Shown: positions 17,805-29,229, numbered from the stretch's first letter. The stretch is DNA of 64,000 nt from Solirubrobacteraceae bacterium (GCA_049512455.1 JBEKXB010000010.1:4969-68968); one strand, 5' to 3'. Translations and numbers: made by a program. Notes: generated by a model from the letters alone, not told the origin.

Positions 17805-19109
17805 TCAGCCTCGGTCGATGGTCAGCTCGAGGAAGTGCGTCGCGCAGGAGATGCACGGATCGTGGTTGCGGATCGCCTGCTCGCAGCGGTGCTTCAGCGC
17901 GTCATCGTCGAGGTCGAGGCCGTCCTCCACGACGGCGCGCAGGTCCTCCTCGATCGGCAGCTGGTTCTGTGACGTCGGCGGCACGATGGTTGCGTCAAGG
18001 ATCGTCCCCTGCTCGTCGATCTCGTAGCGGTGGTAGCAGAGGCCGCGGGGCGCCTCGCTGACGCCGTGGCCGACGCCGGCGCGCGGCACCACCTCAACCG
18101 CCGGTGCGTCCGGCTCCTCGTAGGCGTCGATCAGCGCGAGCGCCTCTTCGCAGGCCTGCACGAGCTCAGCTGAGCGCACGATGATGCTCTTGAAGGGGTT
18201 GCGGCAGACCTCGCCGAGGCCGGCTTCCCGCGCTGCCTCGCGCGCGGTCGGCCACAGCTGGCCGGAGGAGATGCTGTAGCGGGCGAGCGGCCCCGTCAGG
18301 TAGCTGCCGCGCTCACGCAGCCGCGCGTGCAGCGCGTTGGAGTGCTCGACGTGCTCCTCGACGATGTGCTTGTCGAACTCGGCCGGGGGGAAGTCGAGGC
18401 CGCGGTCGGAGACGAAGCGCCCCAGGTCGATCGGGTAGTGGCCGTCCTCGGCCAGCGCGACGAGCTCCGTGTCGCGCTCGACGTCCGGGAAGGACAGCGT
18501 CGCCGTCCAGGCGACCGTCGCCAGTGCGATCTCGAGTGCCCGCTTCAGCGGATCGGTCAATGCCTGCAGCTCGGCCTTTCGCGGGGCGCGGTAGAAGCCG
18601 CCGACGCGGAGGTTGATCGGGTGCACCTCGCGGCCGCCGATCGCCGCCATCAGCGAGTTGCCCGCCTTCTTCATCGCAAGCCCCTGCTCGACGATCTCGC
18701 GGTGATCGGCCGCCATCTCCACCGCGCCGGCGTAGCCGAGGAAGTCGGGCGCGTGCAGCATGTAGACGTGCAGCGCATGGCTCTCGATCCACTCGCCGCA
18801 GTAGATCAGCCGGCGCAGGTCGCGGATCGGGCCTTCGTCGATCGTCACGCCGCAGGCGTCCTCCATCGCGCGCACCGAGCTGACCTGGTAGGCGACGGGG
18901 CAGATCCCGCAGATCCGCGCTGTGATGTCGGGCGCCTCGGTGAACGCGCGGCCGCGCAGCAACGCTTCGAAGAACCGTGGCGGTTCGTAGATGCGCAGCT
19001 TCACATCGGCGACCTCGCGCCCTTCGAGCCTGACGTACATCGCTCCCTCGCCCTCAACCCGGGCAAGGTAGTCGGTCCGGATCGTGCGGGTTCCGTTAGG
19101 CGCGCTCAT
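17805..19109 (-). CDS. [NiFe]-hydrogenase large (alpha) subunit, group 3b-type
   Basis: YLARVEGEG, the L1 motif [10 protein letters not shown] and the L2 motif DPCISCATH, followed by a short cleavable tail FLELTIDRG. Confidence 0.9.
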   Translation of the reverse strand: MSAPNGTRTIRTDYLARVEGEGAMYVRLEGREVADVKLRIYEPPRFFEALLRGRAFTEAPDITARICGICPVAYQVSSVRAMEDACGVTIDEGPIRDLRRLIYCGEWIESHALHVYMLHAPDFLGYAGAVEMAADHREIVEQGLAMKKAGNSLMAAIGGREVHPINLRVGGFYRAPRKAELQALTDPLKRALEIALATVAWTATLSFPDVERDTELVALAEDGHYPIDLGRFVSDRGLDFPPAEFDKHIVEEHVEHSNALHARLRERGSYLTGPLARYSISSGQLWPTAREAAREAGLGEVCRNPFKSIIVRSAELVQACEEALALIDAYEEPDAPAVEVVPRAGVGHGVSEAPRGLCYHRYEIDEQGTILDATIVPPTSQNQLPIEEDLRAVVEDGLDLDDDALKHRCEQAIRNHDPCISCATHFLELTIDRG

Positions 19110-19869
19110 GAGCCTCGCTCGCTTCGCGGAACGCCGCAGACCCGGCATTGAACGTGCGGTACACGCGCACAAGATCCACCTCTTCGGCCCCGAGGTGCGC
19201 CATCTGCCTGCTCAACGAGGCGGTGTTGGGAGTCTCCATCGGCCCGTAGCAGCCGTAGCAGCCGCGGTCGTAGGCGGGGCAGAGGGCGCCGCAGCCGGCG
19301 TGCGTCACCGGGCCGAGGCACGCGGTCCCGTGGGCGACCATGACGCACACGCTGCCGCGCCGCTTGCAGTCGACGCACACGCTGTGCGCGCGCACGCGCG
19401 GCCGGCGGTTGGTGAGCAGGGCACCGACCACCTCAAGCAGCTGATGCTTGTTGATCGGGCAGCCGTTCAGCTCGAAGTCGACCTTCACGTGGTCGCTGAT
19501 CGGGGTCGAGGTGCGCAGCGTCGAGATGTAGTCCGGCGTCGCGTAGACCGCCTTCGTGAACTCGTCGACATCGCCGAAGTTCCGCAGCGCCTGAATCCCG
19601 CCGCTCGTCGCGCAGGCGCCGATCGTGATCAGCGCGCCGGACTGGCGGCGCACCTCTTGGATGCGCTCCGCGTCGTGCGGCGTCGCGATCGAGCCCTCGA
19701 CCAGCGACACGTCGTAGGGCCCTTCCATCACGGCGCTGGTCGCCTCGATGAAGTAGGCGATGTCGACGTGATCGGCGACTGCGAGCAGCTCGTCCTCGCA
19801 GTCGAGCAGGCTGAGCTGGCAGCCGTCGCACGAGGAGAACTTCCACACCGCTAGCGTTGGACGTGCCAT
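19096..19869 (-). CDS. [NiFe]-hydrogenase small (delta) subunit, group 3-type
   Basis: [21 protein letters not shown] and a Cys-rich C-terminus ([33 protein letters not shown]). Confidence 0.85.
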   Translation of the reverse strand: MARPTLAVWKFSSCDGCQLSLLDCEDELLAVADHVDIAYFIEATSAVMEGPYDVSLVEGSIATPHDAERIQEVRRQSGALITIGACATSGGIQALRNFGDVDEFTKAVYATPDYISTLRTSTPISDHVKVDFELNGCPINKHQLLEVVGALLTNRRPRVRAHSVCVDCKRRGSVCVMVAHGTACLGPVTHAGCGALCPAYDRGCYGCYGPMETPNTASLSRQMAHLGAEEVDLVRVYRTFNAGSAAFREASEAHERA

Positions 19870-20751
19870 CTAGAGCTCCCTGATCGCGAGCCAAGGCTGC
19901 AGCTCGGACCACAGATAGACCGGGCCTTCGCGGCAGACGAGGGTAGGACCGAGCTGGCAGTGGCCGCAGTGGCCGATGCCGCATTGCATGTTGCGCTCCG
20001 CCGAGACGTAGATCCGCTCTCCGGCGATGCCACCGGCGGCGAGCGCCAGCGCGGTGAAGCGCATCATCACCTCGGGGCCGCAGGTCATCGCCCCGAAGTT
20101 GCCACCGGTCAGCTCGGCGCGACCGATCAGCCGCGTGACGACGCCGACATGGCCAAGCCATTCCGGGCCGGCGGCGTCCACGGTCACCCAAGTCTCCATC
20201 CCGCGGTCCCGCCAGTCCGCGATCTCGGCCTCGTAGAGCAGCTGGTCTGGCGTCCGCGCTCCGTAGAGCAGGACGAGACGCCCGTAGCGCTCGCGGGCGT
20301 CGAGCAGGGCCAGGATCGCGGGGCGCAGCGGCGCGAGCCCGATGCCACCGGCGGCGACGACGACGTCCATGCCCTCCAGCGCCTCCACCGGCCAGGGTCG
20401 TCCAAACGGCCCGCGCACCGACAGCACGGCGCCGGGCTCACTCGCGCAGATTGCGCCGGTGGCGATGCCGACAGCGCGCACGGTGTGGATCAGCGGGTGC
20501 GGCTCCGCGGGATTGCCGCTGATCGAGATCGGCACCTCACCGGACCCGCCGGCGGCGATCATCGTGAACTGGCCCGGCGCGAACGCCAGCCCGCCACCGC
20601 CGTCGCGAGCCTCCAGCTCGAGCGTCCAGGTGTCCTCGGTGTCCTGCCGCCGGCCCACGACGACGAACGCCGTGGGCACCATCGGCCCAGGTTCGGCGGT
20701 GAGTGGCTCAGGCGATGTCAGCACGGCCATAGACGTCGAGGAGTTGGACAC
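19870..20751 (-). CDS. hydrogenase gamma subunit, FAD/NAD(P)-binding oxidoreductase with C-terminal 2Fe-2S
   Basis: Ferredoxin-NADP-reductase-like fold ([21 protein letters not shown]) and C-terminal [12 protein letters not shown]. Start is uncertain (20751, 20730 or 20682). Confidence 0.8.
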   Translation of the reverse strand: MSNSSTSMAVLTSPEPLTAEPGPMVPTAFVVVGRRQDTEDTWTLELEARDGGGGLAFAPGQFTMIAAGGSGEVPISISGNPAEPHPLIHTVRAVGIATGAICASEPGAVLSVRGPFGRPWPVEALEGMDVVVAAGGIGLAPLRPAILALLDARERYGRLVLLYGARTPDQLLYEAEIADWRDRGMETWVTVDAAGPEWLGHVGVVTRLIGRAELTGGNFGAMTCGPEVMMRFTALALAAGGIAGERIYVSAERNMQCGIGHCGHCQLGPTLVCREGPVYLWSELQPWLAIREL

Positions 20752-21171
20752 GGGTCGCCTGGAGGCGTCCGAGGACGACAGCGGTGAAGCGCGACATCAG
20801 CTGGTAGCCGAGCTCGTGATCGCCTTCGCAGAGCGCGCGCACGCGGGCACCGTCGAAGCTGGCAAGGTCGGTCGGCTCGGCGGCGCGCCCGTCGAACTGC
20901 CAGCGATACGGAGCAAACAGCCACGACCAGCCGACGATCTCGTTGCGCTCGAGCGTCTCGATCACGAGATGCCCGCGCGTCGGGGCGTGCAGCTCGAGCG
21001 CGACAGAGCCGCGCTCGATGATGAAGAAGCTGTCCGCCGGCTCGCCCTCGCGGAACAGGTACTCGCCGGTCTCGACGCCCAGCTTCGTGCCGCATTCGGC
21101 GACGGCCTCGATCTGTTCGCTCGTGAGCCCGGCCAGCTCCGGGGAGGTGCTCAGCAGCTCTGCAATCGTCG

Positions 21172-21175
<4 letters not shown>
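20708..21175 (-). CDS. stand-alone cyclic-nucleotide-binding (CAP effector) domain protein
   Basis: YLFREGEPADSFFIIERGSVALEL beta-roll signature. 155 aa with no output domain. ATGA overlap with the upstream beta-subunit gene. Confidence 0.65.
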
Positions 21176-22353
<1,178 letters not shown>

Positions 22354-22525
22354 CAGCGCAGCGCCTCGCTGGCTCCCTCGCCAGGATGTCCGAAGCCGAG
22401 GCAAGTAATGCGCTCTGCTGCTCCGGTCATCTGGTCAGTCCTTCCGTGGTTAGCTGGCCACGGACTCTTCCAGCTGGGAAAACGGGCGGCATCCGTGCAG
22501 GCGCACCCGGCCGATCGGTAGTTAT

Positions 22526-22552
22526 CCGTAGCGCCGTCACGGCGCATTACGG
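22526..22552. promoter_or_regulatory. imperfect palindrome in the hydrogenase/nickel-permease divergent spacer
   Basis: CCGTA-GCGCCGT-C-ACGGCGC-ATTACGG. The core 7-1-7 is perfect (22531-22545). It lies about 70 nt upstream of the permease ATG. Confidence 0.3.
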
Positions 22553-22617
22553 CACCCCCTTAGTGAACAAGGCGATTGTGGACGCCTGCACCTCGCAGCT
22601 AGGGTTGGTGGCTGGGC

Positions 22618-23790
22618 ATGCAGCACACAAGCGAGCGCGGGCAGAGAGGAGGGACGGTGGAGCAGGAGGCGTTGCGCGACGCTCGACGGTCCAGGTGCCG
22701 GAGCGCTCTGGCGTCGGTGGACGCGAGCGGCTGGCGCACCCTCAGTGGGATGGCGATCGTCGTCATCGGCCTGCACGTGCTCGGCTTCCTCACCCTTGCG
22801 CTGCTCGTCGTGCCGAGCCGCTACCACCTCGGCACTGCGGGCACGTTCACGCTCGGCATCGGTATCACCGCCTACACGCTCGGCCTGCGTCACGCCTTCG
22901 ACGCCGATCACATCGCCGCGATCGACAACACGACACGCAAGCTGATGGCGGAGGGTCGCCGGCCACTGTCGGTCGGCTTCTGGTTCTCCCTCGGCCACTC
23001 GACGATCGTCTTCGCGCTCGCGTTGTTGATCTCGCTCGGGGTGCGCTCGCTCGACGGTCCGGTCAAGCACTCGGGCTCGGGGCTACACCAGGCGACCAGC
23101 TACCTCGGTACCGGCGTCTCGGGCGTCTTCCTCTACCTGATTGCGGCGCTCAACGTGGTGATCCTCATCAGCATGGTCAAGGTCTTCCGCGAGATGCGTG
23201 GCGGCGCCTACGACGAGGCCGAGCTCGAGCGCCAGCTCGAGCACCGCGGCCTGATGAACCGCTTCTTCGGCCGCTTCACCAAGACCGTCACGAAGCCCCG
23301 CCAGATGTACCCCATCGGCGTCCTCTTCGGCCTCGGCTTCGACACCGCGACGGAGGTGGCGTTGCTGGTGATCGCCGGCAGCGCCGGCGCCGCCGGCCTT
23401 CCCTGGTACGCGATCCTCTGCCTCCCGGTCCTGTTCGCGGCGGGGATGAGCCTGATGGACTCGCTCGACGGCTCGTTCATGAGCTTCGCCTACGGCTGGG
23501 CGAACTCCAAGCCGGTCCGCAAGGTCTTCTACAACATCACGATCACCGGCCTGTCGGTGGCCGTCGCCCTGGTGATCGGCACGATCGAGCTCGGCGGCCT
23601 CGCCGCGTCGGAGCTGCGCCTCTCGGGTCCGTTCTGGACCGGCTTTGAGAACATCAACATCAACCTGCTCGGTTTCGTGATCGTCGGAATGTTCGTCGCG
23701 ACCTGGGCGATCGCCCTCTCGGTGTGGCGTTTCGGCCACATCCAGGAGCGCTGGAGCGCCGCGCTGGGCGAGGACCGCCCGCTGACCTGA
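22618..23790 (+). CDS. hoxN: NiCoT family nickel/cobalt permease (HoxN/HupN/NixA type)
   Basis: Signature RHAFDADHIAAIDNTTRKL in TM2, plus LGFDTATEV. About 8 TM helices. Confidence 0.85.
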   Translation: MQHTSERGQRGGTVEQEALRDARRSRCRSALASVDASGWRTLSGMAIVVIGLHVLGFLTLALLVVPSRYHLGTAGTFTLGIGITAYTLGLRHAFDADHIAAIDNTTRKLMAEGRRPLSVGFWFSLGHSTIVFALALLISLGVRSLDGPVKHSGSGLHQATSYLGTGVSGVFLYLIAALNVVILISMVKVFREMRGGAYDEAELERQLEHRGLMNRFFGRFTKTVTKPRQMYPIGVLFGLGFDTATEVALLVIAGSAGAAGLPWYAILCLPVLFAAGMSLMDSLDGSFMSFAYGWANSKPVRKVFYNITITGLSVAVALVIGTIELGGLAASELRLSGPFWTGFENININLLGFVIVGMFVATWAIALSVWRFGHIQERWSAALGEDRPLT

Positions 23791-23859
23791 CCGCCTCTTT
23801 CGGTGTCGTCTGTGTGGGCCAATGCGCTGCTCTTCCCGTCGTAAGCGAGGATTAGCCGC

Positions 23860-24378
23860 GTGGCGCTGCTCGACCCCTCCTCACTCCCCCAGCACGTAGA
23901 CCGTCTCTACCGCGCTGCCTGGGCCCTGACGGGCTCGCGCCAGGACGCCGAGGACCTCGTCCAGGAGACCTTCGCCCTCGTGCTTGCGCGGCCGCGCCGC
24001 TTGCGCGACGGCGACGAGCTCGCGTACCTGCTTGGCGCGCTGCGCAACACCTTCCTCACCGGACGCCGAGCCGCCGCGCGGCGCCCCACCGTCGTCGCGA
24101 GCCCGGTCGAGGAGCTTGCGATCCCCGATCGCACCTCGACTCGCTCGCCGGAGAGCGCCTACGAGGCGACTGAGGTGTACGCCGCTATCGCCGAGCTGTC
24201 TGAGGATTTTCGCCTCGCCCTGGTCGCCGTCGATGTCGTCGGACTGTCCTATCGCGAGGCTGGCGCCGCGCTGCACACCGGCGAGGCCACGATCACCACT
24301 CGTGTCTACCGTGCTCGCCAACGCCTCGCAGCAGAGCTCGGGGAAGGAAAGGACGCCGTTCGGCGTCCTTCCTCATAG
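23860..24378 (+). CDS. ECF-type RNA polymerase sigma factor
   Basis: Region 2 DAEDLVQETFALVL and region 4 LSYREAGAALHTGEATITTRVYRARQRL. GTG start with a GCGAGGA SD. Confidence 0.85.
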   Translation: MALLDPSSLPQHVDRLYRAAWALTGSRQDAEDLVQETFALVLARPRRLRDGDELAYLLGALRNTFLTGRRAAARRPTVVASPVEELAIPDRTSTRSPESAYEATEVYAAIAELSEDFRLALVAVDVVGLSYREAGAALHTGEATITTRVYRARQRLAAELGEGKDAVRRPSS

Positions 24379-25092
24379 ATGGTCATGCGCCGTAAGCCCA
24401 CCCTTGAACACCAGCTGGCACGCTTGGCGGACGGAAGCCTTGCCGTGGGCGAGCGGGCCGCGCTGGAAGACGCCATAGCCGAGTCGCCCGAGCTCGCCTC
24501 ACAGCTCGCTGAGCAGCAACGCATGGTCGCTCTCGTACGCGGGATCGATGAGGCCGCCCCACCCTCGTTGCGGATCGCCGTACCTCGCCCGGCGCGTAAG
24601 CAAGCGCGCAGTCGTGTCGCACTCGCGATGCCGGCGGCGCTCGCAGCCGCCGCGATCGCAGCCGCGATCGTCCTGAGCACAGCGCCCGCTCACCCACCAA
24701 GCGTGCTGAGCGCCGGCCGGCTGGCGCTCAGTCGAGCCACCCTGCCTGCGTCACGTGTGAGAGCGATCGACGGCATTCGCTTTCCCTCCTGGCGCAGTCG
24801 TGGCTGGCAGGCGGTCGGCGCGCGCCGTGACGAGCTCGACGGTCAGTCGGTCGCGACGGTCTTCTACCGCTCACCGGGCTACGGACGCGTCGGCTATGCG
24901 ATCGCCTCGGGCAGCCCGCTGGCCACGGGGCGCGTCACGTGGTCGGTTGAGCGCGCCGGCGTGCGTTACTCGGTGATCGACTCCGGCGGCGCGGTGATCG
25001 TGACCTGGCTGCGCGACGGGCACAGCTGCGTGCTCGCCGAACGCCACGGTCGCGCGGCGATCCTGCTGCGGCTCGCCGGCTGGACCTCCTAG
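24379..25092 (+). CDS. anti-sigma factor (single-pass membrane protein)
   Basis: Starts immediately after the sigma stop (TAGATG). N-terminal anti-sigma helix region, one TM (AALAAAAIAAAIVL) and an extracytoplasmic domain. Confidence 0.6.
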   Translation: MVMRRKPTLEHQLARLADGSLAVGERAALEDAIAESPELASQLAEQQRMVALVRGIDEAAPPSLRIAVPRPARKQARSRVALAMPAALAAAAIAAAIVLSTAPAHPPSVLSAGRLALSRATLPASRVRAIDGIRFPSWRSRGWQAVGARRDELDGQSVATVFYRSPGYGRVGYAIASGSPLATGRVTWSVERAGVRYSVIDSGGAVIVTWLRDGHSCVLAERHGRAAILLRLAGWTS

Positions 25093-25128
25093 CCGTCCCG
25101 CCGCGCTCCGATCGGGTACGGTCGAGCG

Positions 25129-25911
25129 ATGGCGAGTGGCCTTTGCAGTATCGACGGGGTGCTGGTGCCGGTCGGCGAGGCGAAGATCCCCGTCACCGAC
25201 GCGGGGCTGTTGCGCGGCGACGGCGCCTTCGAGGTGATGCGCCTCTACGACGGTCGCCCGTTCGCGCTGGAGGATCACCTGAAGCGCATCGAGCGCTCGG
25301 CCCAAGGCCTCCGCCTCGACCTCGACCTGGTCGCGTTGCGCCGTGACATCGACTCCTTGCTGGCGTCCGCTGACGACGGTGACGATCTGCTGCGGATAGT
25401 GGCCACGCGTGGCGGCCGGCGGATCGTGCTGTTCGAAGCGCTCCCCGAGCTGCTGGCCTCCTACTCGCTGGTGCGCGTCACCTACGCCCCGTCGCGCCTG
25501 CTCGACTCCGTCAAGTCGCTGTCCTACGCCGCGAACATGCTGGCGACGCGTCTCGCGCAGGAGCGCGGCTTCGACGAGGCGCTGCTGGTGACGCCGCACG
25601 ACCGCGTGCTCGAATGCCCGCGCTCATCGTTCTTCGCCGTCACCGGCGGCGTGGTGCGCACAACGCCGTTGTCTGATCACGTGCTCGACTCGATCACGCG
25701 GCGGGCGGTGCTCGAGGTGGCCGACGTGCGCGAGGAGTCGATCACGGTGGCCGATCTGGAGCAGCTCGACGAGGCGTTCATCGCCTCGAGCGTCGTCGAG
25801 GTCGCCCCGGTCAAGCGGATCGAGGAGCGCGAGCTGGCGGCGCCGGGACCGCTCACTTCTGAGATCGCCGCGCGCGTCCGGGCACGGATCGCCGCCAGCC
25901 TCGATCGCTGA
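25129..25911 (+). CDS. class IV (fold type IV) PLP aminotransferase / aminodeoxychorismate-lyase-like
   Basis: LLRGDGAFEVMRLYDGRPFALEDHLKRIERSA and SSVVEVAPV motifs. Confidence 0.7.
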   Translation: MASGLCSIDGVLVPVGEAKIPVTDAGLLRGDGAFEVMRLYDGRPFALEDHLKRIERSAQGLRLDLDLVALRRDIDSLLASADDGDDLLRIVATRGGRRIVLFEALPELLASYSLVRVTYAPSRLLDSVKSLSYAANMLATRLAQERGFDEALLVTPHDRVLECPRSSFFAVTGGVVRTTPLSDHVLDSITRRAVLEVADVREESITVADLEQLDEAFIASSVVEVAPVKRIEERELAAPGPLTSEIAARVRARIAASLDR

Positions 25912-26975
25912 TGCGCGTCGCGACGATCGTCGGCAACCGGCCGCAGTTCGTCAAGGCCGCTGCGGTCTCGCGCCCGCTTCGCACCCACCACGAGGAGCTG
26001 CTGATCCACACCGGGCAGCATCACGACACGGAGCTTTCGGCGGTCTTCTTCGACGAGCTCGGCGTGCCGACCCCCGACCACTGGCTCGGCGTCGCCGGCG
26101 CCAGCAACAGCTCGCAGCTGGCGCGCATGCTTGCTGCGCTTGACCCGCTGCTCGCCGAGCTGGCCCCGGACGCCGTGCTCGTCTACGGCGACACGAACTC
26201 GACGCTCGCCGGCGCCCTCGCGGCCGCCGAGCGCGACCTGCCCGTCGTCCACGTCGAGGCCGGGATGCGCAGCTTCGACCGCACGATGCCGGAGGAGCGC
26301 AACCGTGTCCTGGTGGACCAGCTCTCCGCGCTGCTGCTGTGCTCGACGCAGGCGGCGATCGAGCACCTCAAGGCCGAAGGCGTCCCAGGCAGGGCCGTCC
26401 TGGTCGGCGATGTGATGGTCGATGTCGCTGTCGCGACATCGACTGCCTCAGCCGGAAACGTGGCAGCCCTGGAGCGATTCGGCGTCTCCTCCGGGCAGTA
26501 CGTGCTCGCGACGGCCCACCGCGCGGCCAACGTCGACGATCCCAACAGGCTGCTCGCCCTTGTCGAGCTGTTGGAGGCGATTCCCGACCCGATACTGCTG
26601 CCGCTGCACCCACGCACACGGGAACGCCTCCAGCAGGCGCAGCTGTCAGCGAGGGCGGCGCAGGCCGCCTCGCTGACAGCCCCGGCGGGCTATCTCGACT
26701 TCGCGACGCTGCTGCACCACGCCAGAGCGGTTCTCACCGACTCCGGCGGCGTCCAGAAGGAGGCCTACCTCGCCGCCGTGCCGTGCGTCACCCTGCGCGA
26801 CACCACGGAGTGGACCGAGACGATCGACGCCGGTTGGAACACGCTCGTCGGCCTCGACATCCCCGCCACCCTGGCGGCGCTGGCCAAGCCAAAGCCTTCG
26901 ACCCATCCCCAGCTCTACGGCGACGGCCACGCCGCCGACCGCGTGGTCGCGGCCATCACAACGCTCGCTCCGTAG
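25911..26975 (+). CDS. wecB: UDP-N-acetylglucosamine 2-epimerase (non-hydrolysing)
   Basis: GNRPQFVKAA, HTGQHHD, VYGDTNSTLAGALAA, HVEAGMRSFDRTMPEE and DSGGVQKEA motifs. Confidence 0.85.
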   Translation: MRVATIVGNRPQFVKAAAVSRPLRTHHEELLIHTGQHHDTELSAVFFDELGVPTPDHWLGVAGASNSSQLARMLAALDPLLAELAPDAVLVYGDTNSTLAGALAAAERDLPVVHVEAGMRSFDRTMPEERNRVLVDQLSALLLCSTQAAIEHLKAEGVPGRAVLVGDVMVDVAVATSTASAGNVAALERFGVSSGQYVLATAHRAANVDDPNRLLALVELLEAIPDPILLPLHPRTRERLQQAQLSARAAQAASLTAPAGYLDFATLLHHARAVLTDSGGVQKEAYLAAVPCVTLRDTTEWTETIDAGWNTLVGLDIPATLAALAKPKPSTHPQLYGDGHAADRVVAAITTLAP

Positions 26976-27002
26976 ACGCGAGCGAAAGCGAGCGTCCGGA
27001 TC

Positions 27003-27032
27003 GCTCGTGAGTACCTTGGCTTGATCACGAGC
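27003..27032. terminator. hairpin between convergent wecB and the BNR-repeat gene
   Basis: GCTCGTGA-N14-TCACGAGC: a perfect 8-bp inverted repeat in a 72-nt convergent spacer. Confidence 0.4.
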
Positions 27033-27047
27033 CGCCCGGAGTCTGTA

Positions 27048-28307
27048 CTACGACACCCTCGGCGTCACCGCGGTCCAGCTCCGGCCGCCGTTCGACGTGT
27101 GCCAGATGGTCGCCTGCGCTGTGGCCGTGTTGGCCTGGCCGACCACGACGCCGTGCTCTGGGTCGAAGAAGAGCACCTCGTCAGGCGGGCCGTTGACAGA
27201 GCCGATCGTGCCCGCCTTGCGCCAGTGCACTCCGCCGTCATGGGTGACGAGCAACGAGCTGCGCATGCCGATCAAGTACGCGGTGCCGGCCGACACCGCG
27301 TCGACCTCGCCCAGGTAGCCGAACGTGAGCGGATTGCGGCTGCACGAGTCCAACGCCGTCGTGCACGGTCCGCGCTCGGACCATGTCCGACCGTCGTCGG
27401 TTGAAACGGCAACGGCCTTGGGCTCGAATCCGGCGCTCCCCTCCCCTGAGCAGACAGCCACCAGCGTGCCGTCTCTTGCTTGTGAGAGCACCACCGAGAA
27501 CGCGGGCGATTGCGCCCCTACCTTGTCGCAGACGATCCGCCTGGTCGTCCACGAAGTCGCGCCGTCGTCGGTGTACCAAAGCGGCGCGCTGCCACGAGAA
27601 GCTTCGGTCCTGTACGGCGTGGACAGCAGGTAGGCCGCCAGTCTGCTCACTCGTACCAGCCAGGTCTGCCCATAGGCCGACTGGAGGCTGTCATACGCAG
27701 CGCCGTAGAGCGTGGCGCCCGCGGGCTCGCTGGGCGCCGGCGCCCAGGTCCGCCCGCCGTCGCGCGACTCGATCACGCGCAGCGGGCAGCGCTGCGGTCC
27801 ACCCTCCGGCGGGAGGGTGAAGCACCCGTCCTCCACCATCCACACCGATCGTCCGATCGCCGACACCGCGAGCACCTGACCCGGCTGCGCGTCGCGCGCC
27901 CAGCTGCGACCGCCGTCGTGGGTCACGTACAGCCTTGGCCCGTAGAGGAATCCATCACCGTGGGCGTCAAACGCGAGGGCCCCCACAGGCGCATCTCCGT
28001 CGCAGTCGAACGAGGTGACGCGAACCGGCGAAGTGAACTGCGCGCCGCCGTCGACCGTCTTCGCGACGACGTCCTCGCACCTGACGGGGCTCCGCTGCTC
28101 GAACATGCCGTAGCCGACACGGGGATTGACGAAGGCCACCGTCTTCAGCGCGCTGGCCGGCACGTCGCGCGACGCTTGCTGCCCCGTCGCGGATGTCACG
28201 ACGTAGCTTGCAGCAAAGCCGACGATGAGCACCACGGCGGCGATGCAGCGAAAGCCGCGGTGGGTACGGCGTCGCGCTGCGCGCGGGTCTACCGCGAGGC
28301 CGAGCAT
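27048..28307 (-). CDS. secreted/anchored BNR (Asp-box) repeat beta-propeller protein (sialidase/Ycf48-like fold)
   Basis: Six Asp-box-like repeats (HDGGRSW, RDGGRTW, DDGATSW, TDDGRTW, HDGGVHW, SNGGRSW). N-terminal TM. Start at MLGL (cat at 28305-28307). Confidence 0.7.
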   Translation of the reverse strand: MLGLAVDPRAARRRTHRGFRCIAAVVLIVGFAASYVVTSATGQQASRDVPASALKTVAFVNPRVGYGMFEQRSPVRCEDVVAKTVDGGAQFTSPVRVTSFDCDGDAPVGALAFDAHGDGFLYGPRLYVTHDGGRSWARDAQPGQVLAVSAIGRSVWMVEDGCFTLPPEGGPQRCPLRVIESRDGGRTWAPAPSEPAGATLYGAAYDSLQSAYGQTWLVRVSRLAAYLLSTPYRTEASRGSAPLWYTDDGATSWTTRRIVCDKVGAQSPAFSVVLSQARDGTLVAVCSGEGSAGFEPKAVAVSTDDGRTWSERGPCTTALDSCSRNPLTFGYLGEVDAVSAGTAYLIGMRSSLLVTHDGGVHWRKAGTIGSVNGPPDEVLFFDPEHGVVVGQANTATAQATIWHTSNGGRSWTAVTPRVS

Positions 28308-28352
28308 GGTGCGACGGAGCGTAATCTCAATCGCCTGCGGGCGCAGCCCAGC

Positions 28353-28436
28353 GGCACCGAACAGCCGTGGGGGCGGCGAGACTTCCGGATCGTCGACCCC
28401 GACGGGTACTACGTCCGAGTCAGCTCGTCTTCCTAG
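28353..28436 (+). pseudogene. relic of the C-terminus of a VOC/glyoxalase-family gene
   Basis: Translates to GTEQPWGRRDFRIVDPDGYYVRVSSSS*, matching the last beta-strands of glyoxalase/bleomycin-resistance proteins (WG.R.f...DPDG). No upstream body, because that space is occupied by the opposite-strand gene. Confidence 0.4.
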
Positions 28437-28449
28437 TCCCGGACGATGC

Positions 28450-29208
28450 CTACCGGGGGCCCGCGTCGATCGCCTGGCGGACCTCCGCCTCGCGGGGCCT
28501 GGATCCGAAGGCTGTGAGGACCCAGGTCGCTCCTGCGCTTGCCCATCCGTCGACGTCGGCGCCCGGCGGGATCTCGATGACGAGGTCGAACGCGCTGTTG
28601 TTGGCGGCCCGCAGTCCACGGACCTCGTCGGCGAGCTCGGCGAGCGCGTCCGGCCCTGGAAGATCGATTGGGAACAGGCCGTCCCAGCGGGCCGCGCGCA
28701 GCAGCGGCCGGCGATTCGGCCAGCGCGCCGCGACCCACACCGGGATCCGCGGCTGCTGGCGCGGACGCGGCTCGAACCCGCCGTCCCAGAAGGCGTTCAG
28801 CTGCTCCAGCCCCTCGTCGAGCAGCAGCGCCCGCGCGCGCGCGTCGACGACCTCTCCGAACGGCTCGAGCTCGCCGTTGCGGTCGCTGCCCAGCCCGACG
28901 CCGAGTGTGAGACGACCGCGACTGAGCTGGTCCAGCGTGACCGTCTCGCGCGCCAGCTTGTGCACTCGCCGGCGTGACAGGGGCGTGACCATCGGCCCGA
29001 GGCGTAGCTTCTCGGTGGCGCAGGCGATGGCGGCCAGCGCCACCCACGGGTCCGCGACCGCTCGCACCGGCGGCCGGTAGTTGACATGGTCCCAGAGAAA
29101 GAAGCCGTCCCAGCCGCGGGCTTCAGCAGTCCTCGCAAGCTCGCCCAACAGCCGCGGATCCACCAACTCGTCGAACGGCGCCACGAAGAGTCCGCGCTTC
29201 ACAGCCAC
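28450..29208 (-). CDS. LLM-class (luciferase-like) flavin/F420-dependent oxidoreductase
   Basis: ARTAEARGWDGFFLWDH, SRGRLTLGVGLG and C-terminal motifs typical of luciferase-like monooxygenases. Confidence 0.7.
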   Translation of the reverse strand: MAVKRGLFVAPFDELVDPRLLGELARTAEARGWDGFFLWDHVNYRPPVRAVADPWVALAAIACATEKLRLGPMVTPLSRRRVHKLARETVTLDQLSRGRLTLGVGLGSDRNGELEPFGEVVDARARALLLDEGLEQLNAFWDGGFEPRPRQQPRIPVWVAARWPNRRPLLRAARWDGLFPIDLPGPDALAELADEVRGLRAANNSAFDLVIEIPPGADVDGWASAGATWVLTAFGSRPREAEVRQAIDAGPR

Positions 29209-29229
29209 CGCGCCACCCTATCTCCAAGC

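Noticed and set aside
22405-22550. A 9-nt inverted pair, GTAATGCGC (22405-22413) and GCGCATTAC (22542-22550), flanking the hydrogenase/permease spacer.
   Set aside because: The arms are about 130 nt apart, and a single 9-mer match within a spacer of about 200 nt is not far from chance expectation. Only the local palindrome at 22526-22552 was kept.
22405-22617. Possible cobalamin or NiCo riboswitch upstream of the NiCoT permease.
   Set aside because: I could not find a B12-box-like element or the conserved cores of either riboswitch class by eye. NiCo riboswitches are associated with exporters rather than importers. A covariance-model scan (Rfam) would be needed to exclude it formally.
23791-23859. 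An ECF-type autoregulated promoter upstream of the sigma factor gene (GGCCAA-N17-CGTAA).
   Set aside because: The -35 element only weakly resembles GGAAC. With no known consensus for this sigma factor, the match is not better than chance.
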